A stretch of 55,906 nt of DNA, counting the filler, from Squatina squatina (lineage: Eukaryota): NCBI GenBank assembly GCA_031763465.1. It is 4 parts of 4 records of this genome, joined end to end, with 100 filler letters (N's around TTAATTAATTAA, not from the genome) between each part and the next. Parts side by side here need not be neighbours in the genome. Positions count along the whole stretch, not along the records: positions 1 to 14,552 come from JARFOE010000016.1; 3 more parts are not named here. One strand, written 5' to 3'. A model generated the notes under the pieces. The model worked only from the letters and a program-made list of their open reading frames with translations. It was not told the origin of the DNA and ran no database searches. Below, piece after piece: positions 1-12,219 of the stretch; position 1 is the first letter of the stretch, and every line of letters starts with the position of its first letter. Made by a program: the position numbers and the translations under genes.

Positions 1-251
1 CCCCACCCCACCACCACTTTTTCCTGTTGGGGTATACTGTTGAGGTGGTGAGGGTTGAAGATCTTGCTGTATAGCACTCCAGGAATGGAGTCCACACTTT
101 CCCCGAATGACACAACCCCCGAAGAATATTGGTCCACAGACTCCATCACACTCACCCCATAACCTCTGTGAAATTCACAAAGTATCATTATCCATTAGGC
201 TTTGTTGGGTTTACCGGCAATATCACAATGTTACTTGTTCTTTATTCACTA

Positions 252-497
<246 letters not shown>

Positions 498-1357
498 TCA
501 CTGGTCAAAAAATTGCTTCTTGTTGTGAAAAGGCTTTCTGACCCAGCATGTGGANNNNNNNNNNNNNNNNNNNNNNNNNNNNNNNNNNNNNNNNNNNNNN
601 NNNNNNNNNNNNNNNNNNNNNNNNNNNNNNNNNNNNNNNNNNNNNNNNNNNNNNTCCAGTTTGCTGTGACCCACCAGACTCTTTGACCTTGCTGCCAGCT
701 ACACCAGGACACCATTTCTGTCCCTTCAGCATGTTACCTCCAAGTTACAATGTCCCACATCCAGCTCCAAGGTACCTGCAGCGACGGTCGCCTCCCCACC
801 TCGTTGTCGACAGCAGGAACCGCAGCAAACACATAACCAGCCAGCAGCTCGGCAACAGCAATCCAGCCTCTCCTGCTGACTAAAACAAATCGAGAACAAC
901 CCTGAGACTCTTAAACCCATCAATTATAACAATTTCATCAAAGAGCCAGCCTCACTCATTACAAGGCATTAACCCAGCCTCACATGGGCATTTTGAACCT
1001 ACTCCAATCAAGGCTCGAGGGAAAAATAGACCAAAAGTACAGTGAAATAGAGAGGAACTATCACAGGATAAAGTGCCGTGAAGAATAATATACAATACAG
1101 GTTTCAGATTAATGCTGTACTAATTGAGAGATTAAATGCATTCTTGAAATTTCCTGAGGGAGATCAGCTTTTCCTCGTTGGTTTATTTTTTTCAAGAGAT
1201 AATGAAGAGATTACAGGATTAATTTCAAGTCTAAACATCTGCAAAAGGACCAGACATGAGAGCACTTTAAGTCATTTTAAGAAGGGTAAAGGAAACTTTT
1301 CACTGCTAGCCCACATAACTGGAGCGGGAGACCGTGAGAGATTCCGAGGGACGTTGT

Positions 1358-1476
1358 GGTAGATTTTCAACTTGCTGCCTGGGTGTAAAACTCGGATTGC
1401 AGATTGGCCACCCGTTATAGAACCTGCCCGATTTTCATTTTAGTTTTCTACCCCAGTATCAAGTTGAAAATCTACC
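1358..1476. mobile_element. Small MITE (non-autonomous DNA transposon)
   Basis: Perfect 17-bp terminal inverted repeat GGTAGATTTTCAACTTG (1358-1374) / CAAGTTGAAAATCTACC (1460-1476), with further internal self-complementarity. Confidence 0.7.
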
Positions 1477-2209
1477 CAACTTTGTTGGATAGATTCCCCA
1501 AGTTAACTTGGTGCGACACCTGCTCATTCTCAGTTTACTTTGGGCTTCAAGTCTCCCATTAGTGCTATCTTCTTTTCTTATTCACTTTGCTAATATCATC
1601 ATAAAGTTATGAGTAATTTTTCTTCTTTTGTCCTGTGGTCTATGGCAAACCCCAAATATTGACCCTAGCTTTTTCTCATTGGGCAAAACTAACCCCAGAA
1701 TTTCATGCCATAGTTTTCCTGCAAAGCTGGCTTGACTACTTGACTAGGTTTCCTTGCATATAAGATAACATCCTCCATCTTTTATGAATGCAACTCTGTC
1801 GTGGTTGTGATGCATGATCCAGACTCCATCCTGCCTCCCACCTCTCATCTCGTCCAAATAGTCCCCAATAACTATGTTCCCAACAGCTGTTGGTATCTGC
1901 CCATCACTCCTACACCAGTACTTGACCCCAAAATCAATCCCACATATTGACTAACTCTGCCTTGTTTCTTTTGCATCATTTTGCTAGCCAGTAGTTACCC
2001 TCTTAATTTCCCTGCTTCTTGCACCTCCTTGCCTAGAAATGGAACCATACCTGAGGAAATAATTGTGTTTCAATTTTCTATCTTTTCCTACCTCCTTTCT
2101 GTAAGATTTCTCCTGATATCATTTAGCCCGAGATGTGGAGGACTACCACTAAATTTGTACCTGCTCCCCAAAGTACCTCCAGTTTTTCTTAGATATGAGT
2201 TTCCTTTTT

Positions 2210-2559
2210 AAACTTTGCTCTTGGGATGTGGGCAATAATGGCAAGGTTACAATTGTTGTCCATCCCAGCTCCCGAGAAAGCAGCGAGCCTCCTCCTTGCT
2301 TTCCAGTGATTGTTTTTGCAATTGAGTGGCTAGCTAAGCCACCTTAGAGGCATGAAGAATCAATCGCATGGTGTGGGACTGAGTAACATGTAGGCAAGAC
2401 CAGATGGCGGTAGCAGCTTCCCTTCCCCTAAAGGCATTAGTAAACCAATTGAGATTTTATGACAATCCAGCAGCTTTTATGGTCATTTTGTTTTAGTGCC
2501 ACCCCCAAAGTTGGATTTACTGGATTAGATTTTAATATTTTCCATGCTAGGAGCGTTAG
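2210..2559 (-). mobile_element. Degenerate tRNA-derived SINE, same family as 31987-32433
   Basis: The reverse complement resembles the SINE at 31987-32433, including the CACATCCCA 3' tail. Confidence 0.55.
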
Positions 2560-2778
2560 NNNNNNNNNNNNNNNNNNNNNNNNNNNNNNNNNNNNNNNNN
2601 NNNNNNNNNNNNNNNNNNNNNNNNNNNNNNNNNNNNNNNNNNNNNNNNNNNNNNNNNNNCAATATATATGATTATGGGTAATTGTCTCTCATCTCCACCT
2701 GGTGACGAGAAACAGCAAGCTATTGCGAAGTCCATTGCCTCCTCTTAAAAGATCAACTGCATAATTAGCCATGTTTTT

Positions 2779-2952
2779 TCAGTTTCCTCGGAAAACTCTG
2801 ATTTTTCCAGCTTCAGCGAGTGAATTTATTATTTTTGCCTCAAAATCTGCATCGTGGACTCCGGTCTTCCGGAATTCTCCAGCGTATCTGTTATTCTCCC
2901 AGTAATGGTGCCAGTTCCCTCTGCTATCAGCACCAAATCCGTACACATTCAC
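2779..2952 (-). CDS. ST3GAL2: ST3 beta-galactoside alpha-2,3-sialyltransferase 2, last coding exon
   Basis: ttccacag acceptor. Encodes [57 protein letters not shown], covering the end of sialylmotif S, motif III (HYWE) and motif VS (HDADFE). Confidence 0.96.
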   Translation of the reverse strand: MNVYGFGADSRGNWHHYWENNRYAGEFRKTGVHDADFEAKIINSLAEAGKIRVFRGN

Positions 2953-4694
2953 CTGTGGAAGCAAAAGGAAAGGGATTCAGTAAGGCCTGTGCCAGCTGGC
3001 TTTCAATCCCTACAACCTCGATGAATCTCTCCAACCTGTCTGACCAAAGAGGCTCAACATTGCCGGATATATTTGGCAGCCTCTTTTCCACATATGTTGG
3101 TGTCCAATCCCACTTGAATAAGACCAGCCAGGACATTCAGTCAGGGTGGGAAATACACCTGGATCCTTCTTTCCGAAAGTGGGAGATGCTGTGCTTGATG
3201 CAACTTAGCCTCCTCCTAATCTGCATGGCTCAGTATCGCAACTTGGGCCCACTGTTGTGTGATGATGGTTGTGGCAGAGCTGGTCTCTGCCCCTTTATAT
3301 TATAGATCTGCTCCCAACAGTAAAGGTTCTGTGTTGTGCTGTCTCTGTACTAATAGAATTGGCCTACTTGTACTGTGGGGCAGATTTAGCAACAATGGGA
3401 TCACTCTGCCTTGTTGACTGGGTAATTCTGGATAGGAACCTTCTCCAAAGAGCCTGTACAGGCCAGTCATGCTAGTAGTGACATCAGTGGCCTGAAACAG
3501 CATTCAGAGTGCTGAATTTAGTGGAACACTGAAGGTAGGACTCGGACGCTTAACACACTCTTGCAACACTCCTTTGTGCGCTACTTCTAGGCGGGATCTA
3601 ATCTGTTCATTTTAAACAGGGTACACAAGAATATAGTGGTGGCGTTGTGCACTTGTATGTGAACTTCAACAATTGGATGATGTTCTACTGAATTGTGGCG
3701 GTCAGGCACTGAAGTTTTACCAATCATAGCAATCGTTGCTGTGTCAATAACTCTCTATACAACAGACCTGCCTCCAGAGGTTGTCATGTACACCTTCATC
3801 TTCATCTTCACGTTTGATGTCCTTGTCCTCATTAAACCCATTACTCTCTCAGGTCCTGGTTGTTCCTCCTGATATAGTCCTCATCTCGGCTCCCTTAAGT
3901 TCAAGGGACACAGACTTGAACATATATGGCAGACAGCTGGTTTAGCCATTCACTGGCAGATCTGGCTGGACCACATAAAGCACTATCGGNNNNNNNNNNN
4001 NNNNNNNNNNNNNNNNNNNNNNNNNNNNNNNNNNNNNNNNNNNNNNNNNNNNNNNNNNNNNNNNNNNNNNNNNNNNNNNNNNNNNNNNNCTCACTGTCAG
4101 TCTTAATTCACTTTCTTGAACTCTATTGGTATCTCCAGTTCCCTACTTACCTCTTTTCAGCCCTGGTACCATCCTGCAGGCTGGGTCTTGGCCTTTCACT
4201 ATGGCTTCACAAGTTATAAAGAAAATATTTTTACAAACTGGTCTGCATTTCTGCTCAACTCCACCTGAATAAAATGGGGCATAGCAGGTGGAAGAGCTCA
4301 GCTTGGGTCTGCTTATACATTCTATGCACAGAGCAGAGACATCTGCCATTGCAACTTTCCCTCTAGGGAGTGTGGCAATGAAACCTGAGCTCATCCCTCT
4401 CTCTGGTGGCATTATCCACACAGATAATCACATTAGGCACACGGTTCATACTATTCAATGTTGAGCTTAGCCATCAATCAAGCAACCTGCACCTTCACAT
4501 CCACCCGAAGAAGCCTGCTCTGCAATTTACAGGGGAAAAGTAACAATTAATCAAAGATTTTGTCGGGGAACAAAGCTGATCCAATGATATATCTNNNNNN
4601 NNNNNNNNNNNNNNNNNNNNNNNNNNNNNNNNNNNNNNNNNNNNNNNNNNNNNNNNNNNNNNNNNNNNNNNNNNNNNNNNNNNNNNNNNNNNNN

Positions 4695-4978
4695 GGCAGA
4701 ATGTCCTGATCAAAGTGCTCATCAAACCACGGCGACATACCGGGATCACCCACACAGTGATCACAAGCGCACGTCTTCTGGCCCACAAGGTCCTTGCTCA
4801 ACTTCTGCGTGCCCAAGTAGCTGGGCACCAGTTTGACCCGATGGGCATCCTCCAGGCCCTGGGTCTCCAGGTAGGCCATGTTGGTCACGCCTGTCAGCGT
4901 GTAGGTGAAGAACAGTGAAGTCAGAAAGGCAATGAGCAGTGCAAGGAAGAGGATGCAGACCCGAAGCGAGCACTTCAT
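4695..4978 (-). CDS. ST3GAL2: ST3GAL2 first coding exon (TM anchor and stem), truncated by an N gap
   Basis: MKCSLRVCILFLALLIAFLTSLFFTY...HRVKLVPSY...TCACDHCVGDPGMSPWFDEHFD matches the ST3GAL2 N-terminus (MKCSLRV, HRVKLVP, CAC..C.GD...WFD.HFD). Confidence 0.93.
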
Positions 4979-5414
4979 TGTGGCACTGTTGCCCTTCAGG
5001 CTTGGGCCTCTGGTGGTGACAAGAAGTTCTGGCTGCTGATTCTGATGTATTGTTGAGTGACTTCAGCAGGGAGGGCAGAGGTCAGAAGAGGAACGCTGCC
5101 AAAAATCAATCGCGCTGTTTATCCCTGACTAATTTAGTGGAACCTTGTTGGCTTTAATTGGAGATCCTCAGAGAATAATTCAGCTGTCCCATTAAACCCC
5201 GGCAGGTAGCAGTTAAAGATGTTTAACCGAGCTGGATGGCAATTTCTCTTTTAGTCAGCCAGTCAGCCTCTGCGTTCACTTACTTCTCTCTTCTCCCGGN
5301 NNNNNNNNNNNNNNNNNNNNNNNNNNNNNNNNNNNNNNNNNNNNNNNNNNNNNNNNNNNNNNNNNNNNNNNNNNNNNNNNNNNNNNNNNNNNNNNNNNNT
5401 GGAAAATGCCACAA

Positions 5415-5975
5415 GTCAACAACAACAACTTATATTTATATCGCACCTTTAAAGCAGTAAAACATCCCAAGGCACTTCACAAGAGTGTTATAAAACAAAA
5501 TTTGACACCGTGCCACACAAGGAGAAATTAGGACAGGTGACCAAAAACTTGGTCAAAAAGGTAGGTTTTAAGGAACTTCTTAACCGAGGAGAGAGGTAGA
5601 GAGGCGGAGAGGTGTAGGCAGGAAATTCCAGAGCTTAGGGCCGAGTCAACTGAAGGCACGGCCGCCAATGGTTGAGCGATTAAAATCAGGGATGCACAAG
5701 AGGCCAGAATTGGAGGAGCTCAGACATCTCGGGGTTGTGGAGTTGAAGGAGATTACAAAGATAGCGAGGAGCGAGGCCATGGATGGATTTGAAAAAAGGA
5801 TGAGAATTTTAAAATCGAGACGTAGGTCAGTGAGCATAGGGTGGGTGAACGGGACTTGGTGCGAGTTATGACACGGGCAGCCGTGTTTTGGATGACCTCG
5901 AGTTTATGTAGGATAGAATGTGGGAGGCCAGCCAGGAGTGCGTTGGAATAGTCAAGTCGAGAGGTAACAAAGGCA
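5415..5975 (-). mobile_element. L2-clade LINE 3' fragment
   Basis: The minus strand encodes the frameshifted L2 ORF2 C-terminus (AFVTSRLDYSNALLAGLP...RLDFKILIL...STIGGRAFS), followed by a 3' UTR ending in a (GTT)n tail. Confidence 0.85.
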
Positions 5976-7274
5976 ACTGTTTAGGACATTTGTAGGTCTT
6001 AAGAACTACAAAAATGTTAATGTAACTTAATGTGTGACCTAATGGGACAAATTCAATACTGCAATATCAGATGTCTACCACTCGAGGACACTATATTTAC
6101 ATACCTACAGACATGAGTATTGCAACATTCAGATCCAACCATGGCCTCCACTATTGGAATTTCCTCAAGATGGAATCCTGGCAGATCTCGGTTCTTCCCC
6201 ATTTTCCGCCTCCCCCTCCTGATGCGGCCAGCACAATGGCAAAATATTGGGTCCTTATGTTCTTCCCTCCACCTCCTGAAGATCGTGGCTCCATGCTGGT
6301 GTAGAGTTCCACAGACTCCCATCACCCACTGGTAAAATGCCGAAGTAACCATCATTCACATTGTGTGCCTTGGCACTGAGGTTCAATTGCAGGTGTGGGG
6401 GGGAGGGGAATCATCACAGCTGACACCGGCACACATGCATTTTCCAGCAGGAGTCACTGGATCAATGCCAGGAATCCAGGCTGATTTTTCCTCTTCCTAT
6501 CCCAGCAATGCTGCTGCCTATTGTACAGCCCTTAGCACCACCCCTGCCGAGACAAGCTAACTCAGCACAGACCTGGGATCATTCTGATCTCTATTTTAAT
6601 CACACTGAGCCACTGTTATTTTTCTTATTAGTCTAAGACCATCTCTATTCATCCCTAACCATCTCTGCTGATCACTGCTTCCAACGGACAGGTCAGGGGC
6701 AACCTGTTGCCATACTATGCTAAGCCGTTGCTAGGAGACATGAGACAGGGTCCATTCCTGTTGGGTAGTTCTTGGCATTCCCAAAACAATGTTGGTTGGG
6801 GGTGGTGGGGGTGGTGGGGGTGGGCACAGGCACTGATCCACACATTACCATTCTCCAGCGTATTGTTAGTCTGAAACTCAATGCCACTGTGCTTCTAATT
6901 TCAAAACCATCGTAAGCTATAATTAGAATATCCGCTGTGAAACCTTGCACGTTGCATTTCCTGCCTGTGGAACTGCAGTGTTATCATCTGACACCCTCTT
7001 CTACGGGCACAACAGTTTAAAGTTTTTTTTAAATGGTGACAAAGCCAGGTGAAGTCAAGGCCGACAGTATGGCAAACCACATTGGTTGACAGGACACAAG
7101 ACAACGCAAATCAGGTCAAGCAATGTGAAGATACGCACCAGTGCAGATCTGATGAACAGAATGGCCTGTTTCTGTGCTGGCACATTCCATGGTTCAAGTG
7201 GAAGCTCCATAAACAGATAACGGAGGGAGCTTTCAATTATTCAACAACCAAGTAACTTTGATATGAAGGTATCA

Positions 7275-7670
7275 GGTTAGCTCAGTTGGTAGCACTCTCA
7301 CCTCTGAGTTAGTAGTTCTCATCCCACCACATACTTGAATATACGTTCTAGACTTAAGTGCAGTTGCGAGGGAGTGCTGCATTGTCAGATGTGCCATATT
7401 TCGGGTGGGAAATTAAACTGAAGCTGCCTGCATAAAGTGGCTGTAAAAGATCCCACAGCATTGGTTGGAGAATGGGGAGTTTTCCCTATGGCCTGGGCAA
7501 CATTCTCACTCAACCAAAAAACAGATTATCTGGTCATTCATTCATTTGCTGTTTGTGGAACCTTGCTGTGCCTAAACTAGCTGCAACGTTTGTCTGCAAA
7601 ACAACAGAAACTGCACTTAAAAATGGGACATCCCGAGGCAGTGATAAGGCATTGTATAAATGCAAACTTG
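7275..7670 (+). mobile_element. DeuSINE-type SINE (SacSINE1/AmnSINE1-like)
   Basis: tRNA-like head (AGCTCAGTTGGTAGCACTCT), a Deu-like core (TAAAAGATCCCACAGCA...CCTGGGCAACATT) and an L2-like tail. Many related copies occur in the window. Confidence 0.75.
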
Positions 7671-8117
7671 GTCTTTCCTTAAAGGATGGTATATTTTGCA
7701 CCTTAAATTATTCAGGACTCAACGGACCATGAAAGACTTGAAAGAAACAAGTTCAAAGTATTCCTTAGGCAATATCAAGAACTTCTTTTGAGATCCGATG
7801 CAATATATTATTCTTTTGGTCCTAATAGTGCCCGTGTGCACCTTATAGAATGAGGGCTATGTTGCTCGTTCACTCCTGCTCATGTTTATCATATGGATCA
7901 TCCCGACCCGACGCTGCTCTCCCCATGCACTCCTGGCCGGCTGGCCTCCCTAGTTCTGCCCTGTTCACTCCTGGAGACGTTGCCCCCTGTTTACAGTACA
8001 AAGTGAGGACTATTGTNNNNNNNNNNNNNNNNNNNNNNNNNNNNNNNNNNNNNNNNNNNNNNNNNNNNNNNNNNNNNNNNNNNNNNNNNNNNNNNNNNNN
8101 NNNNNNNNNNNNNNNNA

Positions 8118-8231
8118 TAGAGTATTCGAGTGTCTCTCTCCCTATCTCAGTGTATGAGATACTGTGGGGGGATGGATGTTTAGTGAGTGGTCTGTAGAGT
8201 ATTCGATTGTCTCTCTCCCTATCTCAGTGTG
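8118..8231. repeat. Edge of a ~77-bp tandem repeat
   Basis: TAGAGTATTCGA.TGTCTCTCTCCCTATCTCAGTGT occurs at 8118 and 8195, next to a gap. Confidence 0.6.
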
Positions 8232-8714
8232 CTGCAGCACTGCTTTAAACAAAATCCTAATTTTAAATCAGTTAAGAAGGCAGTTTACTGAATTGAATTT
8301 CTGTCTTAGTCACACTCTCCCCTGTCAGATGTTGCATCATGGCATTGACTATATTCTGGATTTGTTGTGTGGTGTCGCTGAGCAGAGCTCTGTATTCAGG
8401 TCATTAGTGCCAACCTGGGCCCTGACAGGAGGCTGCGGCTGCAGGGATCTGTCCTTAATTGGAGCTGACGGCTGCTGCATCACTCACCCTGCTGTTCTTT
8501 CACCAGCAGCCGCTTGGGTCAACTACAGGAAGATTGTCCGTGGAACTGTGTCCCAACAGGAGACAGGGGCCTTCAGACACGGAGGCAGAAACAAAGGGAG
8601 GTGGGGACGTTTCTTTGTAGTGGCCTTGTTATCCTGGCAGGGCCACCATATTTAGTTCAGGCAAGGCCTAACAGAATAGTAACACGTAATCATGTTACCT
8701 TCTGTTCTTCCTTC

Positions 8715-8872
8715 TCCCCCAGCCGCCCTTTGCCTGCCGGTGCTTTAAAACTTGCTGTATTTCTGGCTTTTTTCAGTTCTGACGAAGGGCCATCGACCCG
8801 GAACATTGACTCTGTTTTTCTCTCCACAGATGCTGCCTGACTTGCCGAGTTTTTCCAGCATTCTTTGTTTAT
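8715..8872 (+). mobile_element. Penelope-like element terminal repeat with a hammerhead-like motif
   Basis: CAGTTCTGACGAAGGGCCATCGACCCGGAACATTGACTCTG...CAGATGCTGCCTGAC. Homologous to 10731-10864 (-) and 49207-49320 (+). Confidence 0.65.
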
Positions 8873-9831
8873 ACCTAACAGAATAGTCATTGTGATGATT
8901 CTGGATTCCTGTGTTATGGATGGTTACCCTCCAATTATCTTTCTAATTTCCCCAGACTTTGGTAATTTACAGGNNNNNNNNNNNNNNNNNNNNNNNNNNN
9001 NNNNNNNNNNNNNNNNNNNNNNNNNNNNNNNNNNNNNNNNNNNNNNNNNNNNNNNNNNNNNNNNNNNNNNNNNGACTTTTAAACATTTCAATGAACCCAT
9101 TTGAGAGGACTGTATTTTACGCTGGGCACTATGCAGTAAATGTCGAGTACATGTCCCATTAAAGCTGAGGGATGGGTGTTGCTGTTTGGCAGTTGTCCAG
9201 TTTAATAAAGTGACTACGTTAAATGATTGCCTTGCGAGAGTCAGCAAACTCCAAACTACTGCATCATCAGCTCTCGTCAGCTATTGGCCCTGGTACTCAA
9301 AAGCAACCCAATCGCTCAGCACGGTGAGCCCTCAATGTTCCACACAACCGCCACAATCATTTTCATTACTGAGGGAGCGTTGAACTCTGATGGCTCATTA
9401 AGGTCACTAAATATCTCTGTCAGTGGCTAAGTGGATAAACGCACCAGCATACAGTGTCCTGGACCATAAACGAGAGTGTGCTTTTATAGAACTCAGGACA
9501 TCCCAAGCACTTTAGAAGTGTAGCCCGGACTGCGCATGCAGAGTCTCTCAACGCAGCCGGTGGGTAGGTTTTGACCCGGCTTGGCCTCCCTAAAATCTGG
9601 TCAACCTAACCTGAGAGGGCAGGCAGGTCTTCAGCCTAACATCTCCTCGAAAGACGGCACCTCCAACAGTGTCCCCTCAGTACTGCACTGGAAGTGTCAG
9701 CCTGGATTTTGTGCTCATGTCTCAGGAGTGGNNNNNNNNNNNNNNNNNNNNNNNNNNNNNNNNNNNNNNNNNNNNNNNNNNNNNNNNNNNNNNNNNNNNN
9801 NNNNNNNNNNNNNNNNNNNNNNNNNNNNNNN

Positions 9832-10320
9832 CAGTGAAGGTTTACCAGACTGATTCCTGGGATGGCAGAACTGACGTATGAGGAGAGATTAGGTCGATTA
9901 GGCCGGCCTGTATTCACTAGAGTTTAGAAGAATGAGAGGGTATCTCATTGAAACATATAACATTCTGACAGGACTGGACAGATGTTTCCCCAGGTTGGGA
10001 AGTCTGGAACCAGGGGTCACAGTCTCAGCGTATGGGGTCGGCCATTTAGGACTGAGATGAGGAGAAATTTCTTCACTCAGAGGGTGGTAAACCTGTGGCA
10101 TTCTCTACCACAGAAGGCAGTAGGGGCTAAGTTATTAAATATATTCAAGAAGGAGGTAGATATATTTCTTGATACTAAAGAGATCAAGGGCTATGGGGAG
10201 AAAGCGGGAACATGGTACTGAGTTAGAGGGTCAGCCATGATCATATAGAATGGCGGAGCAGGCTCGAAGGGCCGAATGGGCCTACTCCTGCTCCTATTTT
10301 CTATGTTTCTATATTTCTAT
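9832..10320 (+). mobile_element. CR1 LINE 3' fragment
   Basis: Encodes the CR1 ORF2 C-terminus (TRGHSL...RRNFFTQRVVNLWHSLPQKAV). The 3' end reads GGGCCGAATGG(G)CCTACTCCTGCTCC with a (TTTCTATG)n-like tail. Confidence 0.9.
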
Positions 10321-10532
10321 CGAACTCACTCAGTGCACAACAGGTGTAAAGATCTAAAACTTACCGGGCAGTCTGGCTAAGTGCCATATCCTATGATGGC
10401 TGCTGCGTCATAGCTTTTCAAGACAGGAACTTCATCACATTGCCGCATACCTTTGATGAAATGCATTTGACCTTGATTGCTGGACCAATGATATGTTATC
10501 TTAATGGCCAAAAAATGTGGTTCTTTTTCTAG

Positions 10533-10630
10533 ATATTTGCTGGGAAGGATTCAGTGGTGTCAGAGTGGTGTCTGTCCCCGGCACAGTCAGTTATGCCAGG
10601 AATCACGGCGTCTACCTGATTGACCAGGAG
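10533..10630 (+). CDS. FCSK: L-fucose kinase exon (N-terminal region)
   Basis: tttttctag acceptor and GTAAGA donor, 98 bp. Encodes (D)ICWEGFSGVRVVSVPGTVSYARNHGVYLIDQE, similar to FCSK W..F.G.RV...PG...YA.NHGVYL.D. Confidence 0.88.
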
Positions 10631-10730
10631 GTAAGAATCCTCAATGCATACTGCTCCAAGAATCATGGAATCTTACAGCCCATCTCCTCTTCTGCTCCTT
10701 AACTCTCAGCAGTTATCAAGTTACATCGTA

Positions 10731-10864
10731 CAAAAGCAAAATACTGCGGATGCTGGAATCTAGAATATAAACAAAAAATGCTGGAAAAACTCAGCCCGTC
10801 AGGCAGCATCTATGGAAAGAAAAACAGAGTCAACTTTTCGGGTCAATGACCCTTTGTCAGAACT
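10731..10864 (-). mobile_element. Penelope-like element terminal repeat with a hammerhead-like motif
   Basis: The reverse complement reads AGTTCTGACAAAGGGTCATTGACCCGAAAAGTTGACTCTG...GATGCTGCCTGAC. Confidence 0.65.
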
Positions 10865-11009
10865 NNNNNNNNNNNNNNNNNNNNNNNNNNNNNNNNNNNN
10901 NNNNNNNNNNNNNNNNNNNNNNNNNNNNNNNNNNNNNNNNNNNNNNNNNNNNNNNNNNNNNNNNATAGATTGTGTTCCCTATCCAAATCACGTATGTATA
11001 CGTGGAAAT

Positions 11010-11410
11010 ACATGGAAATAGGCCTTTTGGCCCTCCTAGTCTCTGTTGGCATTTACCCTTCACACAAGAAAACAGTCTGAATCATATCTATCCACTTGTT
11101 CACATATACCTTTATCTGCTTTTCCTTGATCCACCTATCCAATATAATCTTGAATATTGACATAGTTCCTGCCTCAACCACTATCCCTGGAAAAGAATTC
11201 CATAGCCTCACAATTCTTTGTGTAAAGCAATATCTGTTGCCCCCTGTTGTAAATGTCTTGCATTTAATCTTGTATCTATGGGCCCTCATTCTAGACCCTT
11301 AAACCACTGGACAGAGTTTGATACTATCTATCCTGGCCCATCCTTCCATAGTTTTAAACACATATTATATCATCCGTAATCTGTGTTGGTCCAATGATAA
11401 GATAATTTTT
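11010..11410 (-). mobile_element. CR1 LINE 3' fragment
   Basis: ORF 11053-11289 reads RAHRYKIK...YCFTQRIVRLWNSFPGIVVEA. Confidence 0.85.
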
Positions 11411-12075
11411 CAAGTATATTAATGTAATATTAATTAATGTAATGCACTTTAAAGTTAAAGGCCACCTACAACAAACCGACATTTTGGGAACATTTTACAT
11501 TTGTTTCTTTCGGCCAGTGATGGTATCATGACAATTCCCCTGTCTGCTCTTTTAATTGGGGCATTAATCTATTTATGGTTAACACCTCTACTAAAATAGC
11601 AGAGAGGAATGTCGTATGAACACATTAAATGTCCATACGTTATCAGCAACAATATTACTGGCTTCATATGTGGAGAATATTTTAGCGGAAATCTCGCCCT
11701 ATTATATCTGTTACAAGCAGCCTTGGGTCAATATTAATGGATACCTCTTGAGGTATCAGGCTTTGTTTATCGATCAAAGTGAGAGAAAAACTCATCAGAA
11801 AATGGATAACTGTTGAGTACTGGAGTTGAAGAGAACCTGGAAATGCACATGTGTTATTACTAAAGAAGATGAATATATGCTGAATGTGGGATGGGGATGG
11901 AAAATCAGGGGAGTCTCATAACCAGTGGGATGGAGTGCGCTGGTGTGACTTTGAATCTCAATCTGATGTGCCACCGCTATTAAACTGAAACAAGCCTGCC
12001 AGTGAGTATATTATTGTAGAATGTTACATTGATTGTGTTTTTCTGTTGTTTAATAAATGTACCATTTGTTGACAG

Positions 12076-12219
12076 GAGCCTTGTTGAAAGCAGCCTTTAT
12101 CTGCACGGAAATTATTCGCTACCCTTCCCAGGTATCACTGCGGGATCAGTTGATGGCGGGGTTTGGTGGTGGCTTTGAGCTTCACACTTGGTCCAGTCTC
12201 CCACATGGATCTGGCCTGG
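12076..12219 (+). CDS. FCSK: L-fucose kinase exon (GHMP kinase ATP-binding motif); not in the ORF track
   Basis: gacag acceptor and GTGAGT donor, 144 bp. Encodes (G)[47 protein letters not shown](G), with the GHMP PxGSGLG motif. Confidence 0.93.
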
